Shown here piece by piece: positions 47,601-64,000 of a DNA stretch of 64,000 nucleotides. Under the pieces are notes generated by a model that worked only from the letters and a program-made list of their open reading frames with translations, searched no databases and was not told where the DNA came from. Source of the stretch: the human T2T-CHM13v2.0 reference genome, Homo sapiens; NCBI RefSeq assembly GCF_009914755.1, contig NC_060935.1, one strand, 5' to 3'. The position numbers were made by a program, and so were the translations under genes. How positions within the stretch are numbered: position 1 is the first letter of the stretch; each line of letters opens with the position of its first letter.

Positions 47601-50062
47601 AATATACATAGAAACAATTTGCCATTCGGAAGTTTGGTTTCCCAATCCATCCATCCTGACCAACCATACCCCACAGATCTTAATACAAAATTACTCTGAG
47701 GAATCATAGAGGTGTCTTCTACTCTAGAGGGGTGGGAGGTTAAAAAAAAAAAAAAAGACAGAGGGAGGAGAGAGATTCCCTAAGGAAGGGCTGAGGAGGG
47801 ATATTTTGCTCCTAAAAGCATCAATGACCCGGGCCTCCTCCATCACCATACACCCAGTTCTAGGAAAGACCTCAGGAAAATGGTTACCTCGGGCCCCTCA
47901 GCAGCAAGGTTCTCAGGCTGGAATTAGACTCCTTTGTTTTGCACAAAAGATTAAAGACTTTTGCCTCAGTGAACATTCTCTGTTAGACACTGACTAGCAT
48001 TAGTGACAACTGCAGGCTGAGGTCCCAAAGGTTTTTGTCTGAGTTTTCTGCTCTCTGAAATATTTCCAGGATTTCTGCATACCCTCAAGGGGTGTGATGG
48101 GCAGAGGGAGGCAATGACTTTTAATGACTTTAGAAGTTGTATAATGTCTGAGAATAACATATCTGGGGAAACTGGGTTTTTATGCAAGTAAAATTTAGAA
48201 AAAGTAACATCCTTATTGCCCCTAGAGTGTGGAATAAAGTGTATACCCAGTTAACCAAAACTGGCAGAATTCTGAGGAAACATCTTATATGAAAATGTGA
48301 TATCTTTGTATGACTGTGTGATTAGCTCTGGGCCTGGAAATATAACTGAGGCCATTTTTTTTGCAGGACTGATTTGGCACAGATGCAAAAGCCCCAGCCA
48401 GTGAACCCAGAGCTCACTTCATGGTGCATAACTGGAGTCCTAGACATGCTCAACAACTTCAGAGGTAAGAGCCAGCTGCTTGGCATTCCAGCCTCAAATT
48501 ATTTCCTTATTGGTTCCCTTGGTTGAGGCTTTTCCCATTTAAGTTTTGTTAGTTTTGACATGTAGGTAATACATAGTTTTCCGAAACATGTGCATCTTCC
48601 CTACCTGCATAGTAATATTACAATGATCAAAACTCAATTTCCTGACTTACAGTTTGACGAAAATGTAAAGCAAGATACATACTTTATCTGCAGAATAAGA
48701 GGACAAAGAATATTCAGGTCATGTAGTTATGAAGACACTAGTTCTCATGGCGGCATCGGTATTTCGTGTTTATTCAATTTAATTCAATTTTGAAGGCTTA
48801 GATTTGGCATAATGGTTTTTAATTATTTCTATTCTATGTGCATTTACATGCATTCTATAAGTAATTTTTATTATTTACAAAATCAGAACATTTTGATCAA
48901 CAAAGAAAATGACTAAAATATCCATAATCCAGACAATTCTAATGCCATCAGAAACATCTCGTAACAAGCAGAAGGTGAGGGATCTGTGAACATGACCTAA
49001 CCATGCTAGGCCCATTCTAGAGAGCAGATCTAGGTAGCAGAGAGCAGGAACCCAGAGTAGATTGAATCAGGGGCTAAACAGATAATGTAAAGCCAGAATA
49101 TTCTTTTCAGAAACTTATAAACTTTACATGTGTTAATTTCTACCAAATTTTTGATGTTTGAGACTATAGCAGGCATAACTTACATTCCAATAAATACTCA
49201 CATCACAGCAAAGTGATGTCTACCTGTTGATGATCTTAAAGACAAATAATACAAGAAGATTTTTCTATTGAAGAAAAAAATACATTTTAGATATGTTCTG
49301 AAACAAACTGTGCAGAGATAGACATTAAATCATTACTTTGCCCAGTGATATGGTCACATTTTTTCTCTATTATTAAAAGAATAATACATAATTGTATATG
49401 CTGTAGAGGTGTAATAACATTTCATCTTCATGGATGCATGGGGCTGAACTCTCTTGGCTTCCTTTTTTCTGTATTTTCTTGGAAGAAGAGCAAATGAAGT
49501 GAATAATTGGGCCACAGAGCCTCTGTCCCTCATAACACTCACTAATATAATATTTTTTTCCTTGTCAGTGGATAATGCTCTGAGTACGGAAATGACTCCT
49601 TGCTATATAAGCCTTTCTGAGGATGTGAGATATGTGATATTTGGAGATGACCATCTCAGTGCTCCCACGGATCCCCAGGGAGTGGACAGCTTTGCTGTGT
49701 GGGGAGCACAAGCATTCACCTCCGGCAAGCATTACTGGGAGGTGGATGTGACCCTCTCCTCCAACTGGATTCTGGGAGTCTGTCGAGATTCCAGAACAGC
49801 AGATACCAATATCGTTATTGATTCTGATGAAAGATTTTTTTTAATTTCCTCAAAGAGGAGCAATCACTATAGTCTCTCCACCAACTCTCCACCTTTAATT
49901 CAGTATGTGCAAAGGCCTCTGGGTCGGGTTGGGGTGTTTCTGGATTATGATAATGGATCTGTGAGTTTTTTTGATGTTTCTAAAGGTTCTCTTATCTATG
50001 GTTTTCCTCCTTCCTCCTTCTCGTCCCCTCTGAGGCCTTTCTTTTGCTTTGGTTGTACATGA
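44666..50062 (+). pseudogene. TRIM64DP: TRIM64-like unprocessed pseudogene (probably TRIM64DP). Coding exons 44666-45071, 45604-45699, 46398-46628, 47391-47413, 48367-48464, 49569-50062
   Basis: MDSDALRVFQNELICCICVNYFID / PVTIDCGHSFCRPCLCLCSEE (RING); CVLHAETKELFCEADKRLLCGPCSESPEH (B-box); 96/231/23/98-bp exons typical of RBCC-SPRY TRIMs; SPRY ends PLRPFFCFGCT. 1-bp deletions at ~44737 and ~45040; AATAAA at 50241-50246. Exact paralog name is inferred from context. Confidence 0.9.
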
Positions 50063-52796
50063 AAAGTTGGTTTCATGATGATTTATTGTGACCTCCCATA
50101 TATAAGGCAAATACTGTCCTAAGACACTATGTGTGAGAGCCTGTGAGCGCACTGTAACTTCATGGAATGTAATTACTTTATGGTTATAAATGGGATAACC
50201 ACCTTGAATGTATACATTCATTAATTAAGTTATTTTAATTAATAAATTATTGTGGAATCTTTACTAGAACATCAATAATGGCTTTTTTTGTACAAGTTTT
50301 TTGAGATTCATTCACTTACTGTGAAAGTCATGTTCTAATGTATTTAATTCAGAGATTGTTAGTATATCACACTTGAGCAGCCATCAGAGCTCTCTTCTGC
50401 CTGGGCACTTTTATCACTTCCAGAAGAATCCCAATACCCCTTAACATTTATTCTGCATTCACCCTCCCCCATTCCTTCAGAACACTTAATCTACTTTTTA
50501 TGTTTTTGCATTCGGGTAAATAAAATCATACAACATAAGTTCTTTTTTTAATCTGATTTATTTTTCAGAGAGTATGTTTTCAGTTTGTGCACACTGTAAA
50601 CCATTTGTCTTACTTGTATATTTGAACCAGGCTGGGGTAGAAAAATGAAGTGGTGGATATCTCATCTTACAAAGAATAAAGAAGTGTGCTTATTTTCTTT
50701 CTAAGTCTGACCAAGTTAAGTTGACCTCACAGACTTTATTATTTCTCAACATCCTAGTTATTAATCGCATTTCAGCTCATACAAAAGTTTTTCAGTGCTG
50801 GGTTGCTCTGCTATTACATCTTCTCAAGTATATTATATCAGATTATAACATTCAGAAAACTCTTATACTTATTACTACCAGATTGAAAAGTCCAAGGGGG
50901 CAATGGCAGTATTTGTCTTCTTTGCTAATATATTACCATTATCGAATGCGATTTTTAGAATAGATTATACAATAAATAAGATGAATAAATGGATTAAGTA
51001 GAGGAGTTAGTATGTATAAATATTATTCTAACATTGAGAAACTTTTCCAAAATGTACGTAACAAAATAGGATAGAACATACTAATGAATATCTATCAAAA
51101 GATAAGACATAAATTGATTTTCAGATTGATATCAAAGATAATACTATTATGTTAGGGTTTAAAATAATTGTAGCATAATTTTTATAGGGTTGATTTCAAT
51201 TGTCTTAGGTTTTTTAATATAAACCTTTGAAAGATGAAGGTTCCTATATAAGATGATGGGGTAGAGGAGCAGGACTTAGAATAGTGGAGACTGGCCTTAA
51301 ACTGACATATAAATTTAATTACTTGCTAAGCATAAAGTGGTATAAACCTTCCTATGCAGTAGAAAGAACAAAATTAGTTTACACTTTAAATAAGAATCCA
51401 GATGATAGAGAATGGAAAATTCTATAATAGAATGTAATAGCTACATCTCCTAGGGCACCGGCTTACCTGCTCTAACAAAGACCACAAATTTGAAATGATT
51501 CAGAAGATGCATTTCTCTCACATGTTTGTACCAATATAGGAGTTGGTCAAGAAGAAAACTGACATCTTCAACCAGTGAATTTTACCTCTGTGTGCAGGAA
51601 ACTCCCATTTATTGCCATGTCCCATGCAGCAGGAAAGCCGGGAGAAAAGTAGGAGGGACAAGAGTATTTGGCTTTAAGGAAATCACCTGGTGTTTTTCAC
51701 AATGCATTTATTCCCATCCTATAGGTTCAAAATTAGGCAGATGGCACACCAAGTTGTAAGATATATCTGGGAATGCTGTTTACACTCAAAACCATATTTA
51801 TTCTTAACATTTGATTCAGAAAACAAATTAAATGACTGGCACAACTGAAAATAACCCAAGAGATTTGTTCAATGAAACAAAGCTGAACCTCAACCAAATA
51901 GATAAGCTGCTGCCTAAGGTTAGCACCATTTCTTAGTATTCAAGAGTGAGTAAACCCTGCTTTTTACCACTGTCGAGGTGTCCAGTGTTGTCCTTTTTAG
52001 AGCCTGGCTAGCTGAGGGTTAGATGGCAAGAAACATCATACTTGTATTTTAGTCCCTTAAATGAATGATTTAGATAGGAATGATTCTCCAAATTTTGAAA
52101 ACACTTATCAGAAATGTTCTCTTATTCCTTCACTCTATACCATGTAGACTATAATAAACTGTCTCTCTTCTGCCTTCACACATTTCATGCAGAACATTAG
52201 GGGTTAGCAGAGAGAAAGCTTATCACCAGCTTCTTTTGGACTTGCTGCTTTTTTCCAAGCGATCTGAGATGATAAAATTATTCACCTTAGGGCTCCAACC
52301 CAGCACTCCTTTTTTTGATTTTCTCCTATGTTTTGTGAGCTTTTCTGTTGATGCTAGAACTCTATGCAGCAGTCAATGCCTCATAATGTAATTACATTAT
52401 TTGTTCCTAGTTTTCAAGGAAAAATTTATTCCTGACATTCTTTTAATTTAGCTCAGATTCACTTTGCAGAAAGACAGTATTAGCTACTTTATGATCATTT
52501 AGTATTTGACTCTGATTTTGGAAGATGAAAAAGTTTTTGTGTCTATTTACCATGTTTTCTCAACCATTTAACCAAGATAATCTTATTGTATTGATTCTCC
52601 TAGAGATACTTAATTCATTTATTATCTTCATCTGTCAGAATTTATGTTAGAATATCACCAAGAATTACTTACAATTGAAATAAATCAGAGAGATCACTAA
52701 GAACATTGTCAATCATTAATCCAGAAATCTTGAACTTTCTGAGGTTTTTATCCCTAAAAGAAGTTATTTATCAATAGCCTGGTTACAGATTTTTTA

Positions 52797-52913
52797 TGGA
52801 GGCTGAGGCAGGATAATCACTTGAACCGAGGAGGCAAAGATAGCAATGAATGGAGATCATGCCACTGCACTCTAGCCTCGGTGACAGACTGAGTGAGACT
52901 CTGCCTCAGTGAA

Positions 52914-52944
<31 letters not shown>

Positions 52945-52946
52945 AA
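52797..52946 (+). mobile_element. Alu right arm with (TAAA)n tail
   Basis: ggaggctgaggcaggataatcacttgaacc...gtgagactctgcctc plus (aaat)n. Confidence 0.88.
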
Positions 52947-53494
52947 TCACCTCTTGAATGGAGGGCGAAAAAGGAGTATAACACCAGGACTTGGGGGAAA
53001 AATATGCATTAGAAGGGAAGGAGAACATACTTAACATGCCAGTGGAAGATGAAATTCTAAATATCTGAGAATATTTTTGAGAACTATGTTTAATTCTCAC
53101 TATAGAAAGATGTACCCTTTGAATGACATTAAAAATTCACTAGAAGAGTGAAGAATAATAGTTAAAATGTCACATAAGTAACAAGAGTCTCAAAACATAA
53201 AGTGTTCTAAAAGTTTAAAGTCCGTATTTGAGATAGAGGAGAGAATAAATAATAGTTCATTAATTAGACTTTATTATGTGAAAAGACTTTTCTAAAATTC
53301 TTCCATAATAATTGAAGATATAAATTACAATAATTAAAATTTACAAAAGAATAAAAGCATTAAAATAAATTGTGAGAATTTTAAAAAAGAGTAAAGTTGA
53401 AAATTATTTAATTTTTAATCCCAATAATCCGAAAGTGATTTTATCAATGTCCTAAGAAAATTAAAATAAAAACAAACTTAATAATGTAAAAGAA

Positions 53495-55735
53495 GGGAGG
53501 TTTCCGCCGGGCTTGGGGCGGGAGCTAGGGCTTCTCTGGGGTCTCAGTAGTGAGAGGCAGGGACCTTGGCGGGCACTAGGCTTTCCCGGACGGTGCCGCG
53601 ATCCCCCGCCCACGCCTCCGGCATGGTGCTGCTGGCTGGGACTCGGCCGCAGGGTGGCGGGGCGCGCTGCATGATCCCGCCACCGCCATCCCCACTCCTA
53701 GGCGCACAGGTCGAGGAGGACCGCACTGAATTCAAAGAGTTCCAGGACTTCTCCAGTCTGCCCGACACTCGCAGCGTCGCCTCTGACGACTCTTTGTACC
53801 CTTTCCAGGACGAGGAGGAGCACGGCGTCGAGGGCGTGGAGAGCGTACCGGAGGAGGGCGTCCTGGAGGCGCGGGGCAGAGGCGGACGCTGGTGCGGTGT
53901 GGGGTGAGCTTTAAGAAGGCGCGGGAGACTGACCACAATGGCTGGACCGGCCTTAATGTCGCCTGATACCACGACTTTGTGGATATACCGTGGTGGCCTT
54001 AGCTGAGTACCCCCACATTGATGTCAACTGGCAGGACAGGGAGGGGAACGCAGCCCTAATCATAGCTGCACAGGCAGGAACTGCCCCTGGCCCCATGGGC
54101 ACTGTTGCCTTAGACACTGGCTCTCAGCCTTGCCCTTCCTGCGTCAGCATCACCTGGGCTGGTTCATTTGAGCTTTAACACAGATCTGGTGGAAACAGGC
54201 TGCCAGGCCCTGCCCCTGGAGTCTTTCTTTGAATAGGCCTGGGGTGGGGCCCAAGAATGAGCAGAAGAACAGGTTTCCTGGTGAGGCTGATGCCGCTGGC
54301 CCAGGGATCCCACGTTGAGGACGGAGGGCTTTGAGGTTTTCATGCCTGATAATGGCCAGGAACCCTTCTCAGTAGGCATTGAAGACCAGCAGAGTCCCAG
54401 ACCCCAGGAGAGATGTCGTCAGACGGACACAGAGGCATCACGGAATTAAAGTGAAAATGAAGAAAGGAGCTGAGCATCTGTTTCATGACTTTCCTGCGCT
54501 GTTTTACTAAAGAGGCTGTTCAGGCCCAGTCAGGGCACGCTATCATCACCAACTACTTGTTGAACTATGTCCTGGGTCTTGACCTTGAAGGAGGGATGCG
54601 TTTGGGTTGAAAGCCGCCATGCAGGGTCGAACCGATCACATCGGAGCCCTGAGCTAGTAGGGGCGGGTGTCCACACGAGGGTCCCTGCCGTGGGATGTCG
54701 CCAGAGGAGTGGCCACTTACACGTCCGCCTCATGCAGAGGCTCCTGGAGCGCCCCTGCCGGGAGCGGTTGGGGGAAAAGTACCAGCTTGAGCTGCCTCCG
54801 CTCCACGAGAGGGCGCAGAAGCCCGAGGGCTCCAAAAACTGCCTGCAGAGGGTCAGGGACTGCGAGCTGTCCGCGCTGACGCCGGGCGCCGTGCGTGGCC
54901 CAGAGGACCGGGGCGCCCTGGACCACATAGTCAGGATGACCACGAGCCTCTAACAGCCCCGCCGTGGCCTTCGCGTGCCAGACCGTGTGCCCCGAGAGGA
55001 CCCTGTGCGTGGGGAAGAGGCGGCTGGCGGTGCAGGAAATCCTGGCGACTCAGGAAATTCTGGCGGCGCGGCGTGGGGTCGGTGGGGGCGGCAGGCGCAG
55101 GTGGCGGGCGAAACGGAGGGCGCAGAGCAGCACAAGCGGCCTGGCCTAGAGGCGGCGGGCTCCCGTGAGGAATCCCCAAGAGCCGGCCTCCCACCTGCCC
55201 CGCTGCCGGGGTCCTGGGGCTCTGCCGACCCCTCCCCGCGGAAGGCCAGCCTCCTGCCCCTGCAGCGCCTGCGGCGGAGCAGCTTGTGGCCAGGCATGGT
55301 GGTGCCCCGGGTCCGCCTCAGCAAGGCACCCGCGCCCACCTTCCAGCCCAAGAGGGCAGCGCGGAAGGGCAGCACCAAGGACAGCGGCCACCTGCGGATA
55401 CCCAAGTGGCATAACAAGGTGGCCAAGGAGGAGAAACCCGAGGCGGAGGAGGCCGAGAAGAAGCGCCAGGCCAAGGTGCAGGAGAAGCGCCCGCTGCCCT
55501 GGAAGAAGAGGACGTGAGAGTCCGCGGGTGCTTGACACGGGGTTTGAGGGCAGGGCAAGGCCGCGGGGCTGGGCACCGTGGCAGCTCCCGGGACCACCGG
55601 GCCGCGTGTATTTCCGCGCTGTCTCTCTAGGATGCTCCCAGGAAGGGGCTGGGGGAGCCACATCGATTCGCCTGACACCAGCCACCCTAGCAATCAGTAC
55701 ACCTAGCGGGCATGTTGCCTAAAAGGCTCCCTTTA
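53495..55735 (+). pseudogene. ANKRD33B: ANKRD33B processed pseudogene (ATG 53623, stop 55515-55517); 3'UTR may extend further
   Basis: MVLLAGT.P.GGGARCM.PPPPSP; DFSSLPDTRSVASDD; DVNWQD.EGNAALI.AAQAG; RLMQRLLERPC; [12 protein letters not shown]; KAPAPTFQP; [12 protein letters not shown]; PWKKRT*. No introns; frameshifts, stops and deletions; GC/CpG rich. Symbol is the parent gene. Confidence 0.92.
54130..54325 (+). mobile_element. MER5A-like hAT-Charlie MITE inside the ANKRD33B retrocopy insert
   Basis: catcacctggg...ctggggtggggcccaagaat...aacagg..tcctggtgaggctgatgccgctggcccagggatcccacgttgag. Confidence 0.7.
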
Positions 55736-56053
<318 letters not shown>

Positions 56054-57452
56054 AATCAATTTATTAAAGGGTATTTTCTGTGTAATTTTGTATTTTTAAT
56101 CGTTATCCAATTTGCCAATTTTTACAAGTTATAGGACCTCTTGTATCCAAGGCAGTTTTAATACAATTGCCTGAAGACCTTTTATTTAAAATACTGTTCC
56201 TAGCAATAAATATTTATGATATCTGTAGGAGTTTACACAGAAATCATGGGATTCTCTCCTTTTGGGCTGTTTGCTTTGTCTTTTCTTCTCATCATGGGTG
56301 CACGTGCACACTGGATGTTTTTATTAATTAGATTAAGTGATGCTGGATATTTCTATTTGTTGGAGGGATTGACTCGTTCAGCCACATGATCAAGTGAGAC
56401 AGAGAGATCAGATTTTATTGTATCTTTTTAAAAAGTGTTATCCATACAGTCGTATATTGGGGAAAAACTTTTATCGTCAAATTATAAAACAATGCAAAGA
56501 TAAGCATGTAGGTATTGCTAGAATTAAACTCACTTTAAGCAAGGAGTTTTAGATAAACTGGATACAAAATCTTTAACATATTAAAAAAAGATATGAGACA
56601 AACGTGTCATTCGATAAAATGGGGGAAATATAATAAATGATTAACAGAAATACAAAATTAAGCCATATATGCACTCAAGTAAATCGAATCCAGGCATCCT
56701 TAAAATGTAATAAAGGATGCAACAAGAGTAAGGAGCCCAGAATGATGCAAAATAAAGGAATGGGGAGGAGGTGATGTTTACAACAAGCAAAGAGAATGCA
56801 GTGGGAAGCAAACTTGTTTTAGGCAAATTCTCCTGGAGTGGACCAGGCAGCCCTCTCTTCCAGACTCAGTTCCAAAGAGTCCCTTATGTGGGTATTTATT
56901 TTATTTTTCCTTTGAGGACTGCACTTGGTGTTTAGTTCAACCTCATGTGGACCTCATGGAATTTCCAAAACATGGGGCCTTGGCATTGTGGCACCTTCCT
57001 GCTACACGTACCTAATTCACAGCGTTACCAAGTCACCATGAGCCCTACCCTCACCTCTGTCAGCTGAGGACCCAGCCAGGCAGTGCCACATGGTCTCCCA
57101 GGCACACTTCTCCAAGCTGGCTATCCCTGCTGCGAAAATTCTCAAGGCACTGGTCCAGGGAGATGAGCTCTGGGCCTGTCCTAAAGCTCCATTGGTGACT
57201 GCACTGCAGCCCACATGGAGAGCTGCAGCTCTAACACAGGGATTTTGAGAGGCCTCGGTCACCTTTAAGTGGCCACTTTGTGGAGCTCCCACAAAGGGCT
57301 CCACCTTCCCAAGAACGTCTAATTGCCGTTGGAATAGCCAGGGTTAGGCAGCTTCTGCTTGGGTTGATGTGGCATCTGACCCTTGTTGGGTTGCCAGGCA
57401 TTCCTTCCTGTTTCCGCCATGGGAAGTTAAAAATCATTTAAAAATCAAACTT

Positions 57453-63567
<6,115 letters not shown>

Positions 63568-63580
63568 AAAAATCAAACTT

Positions 63581-63900
63581 TCCAGAGAAGACATCTCCAG
63601 AGAAGACACACTGAATATGCATCTGCTAGGCTTCAGGCACCCAATAATTACTGCTTACCTAGATATCCGCAAATCCTCTAGACATGAGACTATTCATAGC
63701 AGATTCTGGTGTGTATCACATTGGTAATAAAGCACTTCATCCTCACTTACTCTAATAAAAATACTTTAAACTTACTTCCCAAGGCACTTTTGTCTGGTCT
63801 AAGCAAACATGTAGCTATCCCAGCTTTCTCAGTTATTTTAAATAAATCAATATTTAAAATACCTATAATTAGCGCATTTATAATATATTGGTTTGTGTTA
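63581..63900 (+). other. Orphan paralog of the TRIM64-like non-coding exon 1 and intron start
   Basis: Similar to 42195-42495: tccagaga, gac.cactg.at.tg, gatatc..ca...ctctagac.tgagac.attcatag, aaaatactttaaa.ttac, tctaagcaaaca.gta, tggtttgtgtt. Confidence 0.65.
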
Positions 63901-63924
63901 TATCAAGTAATTATAGTTTGTTTT

Positions 63925-64000
63925 ATTATGAGACAGACTGTCATTCTGTCACAGGCTGGACTGCAGGGCACCACCATGGCTCACTGCAGCCTGGACCTTC
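63925..64000 (-). mobile_element. AluJ 3' part (runs off the window)
   Basis: gagacaga..gtcattctgtcacaggctgga.tgcag.ggca..accatggctcactgcagcct. Confidence 0.8.

Noticed and set aside
49454-49568. N-terminal extension of the 202-aa SPRY ORF
   Set aside because: Intronic sequence read through the splice acceptor at 49567-49568; not an ATG start.
54950-55722. Several long overlapping ORFs on both strands (180-247 aa)
   Set aside because: A by-product of the stop-poor GC-rich ANKRD33B pseudogene; only part of 54975-55517 is in the parent frame.

Overview
Primate (human/great-ape-like) genomic DNA; no prokaryotic features. Gene content matches the segmentally duplicated TRIM49/TRIM64/UBTFL cluster (human 11q14.3-like; this placement is an inference from memory). 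In order: a decayed CDON processed pseudogene (1-~3650); a full-length young L1PA2/3-type LINE-1 with TSDs (11867-17915); an intact 393-aa UBTFL1-family HMG-box retrogene on the minus strand (20466-21647); a 5'-truncated ESCO1 retrocopy; a three-exon 3' fragment of a TRIM43-like gene (minus); a TRIM64-like gene (plus) damaged only by two 1-bp deletions in the RING/B-box exon; an ANKRD33B processed pseudogene with a 456-bp insert; and an older full-length L1PA5/6-type element. Many Alus, MLT LTRs and Tigger/MER elements lie between. I found no wholly new biological system. The best leads are: (i) a candidate DUX4-motif/TATA promoter and non-coding first exon ~4.5 kb upstream of the UBTFL ORF; (ii) two TRIM 'pseudogenes' that keep open RING-less ORFs (SPRY-only 196 aa; coiled-coil-SPRY 307 aa) with good Kozak starts; (iii) an L1 ORF2 whose early stop is followed by a new strong-context ATG; (iv) a retrocopy that appears to preserve a MER5A-containing cryptic exon; (v) an L1 inserted at the TATA-like box of an orphan TRIM first exon. 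All family comparisons are from recalled sequences, not database searches.
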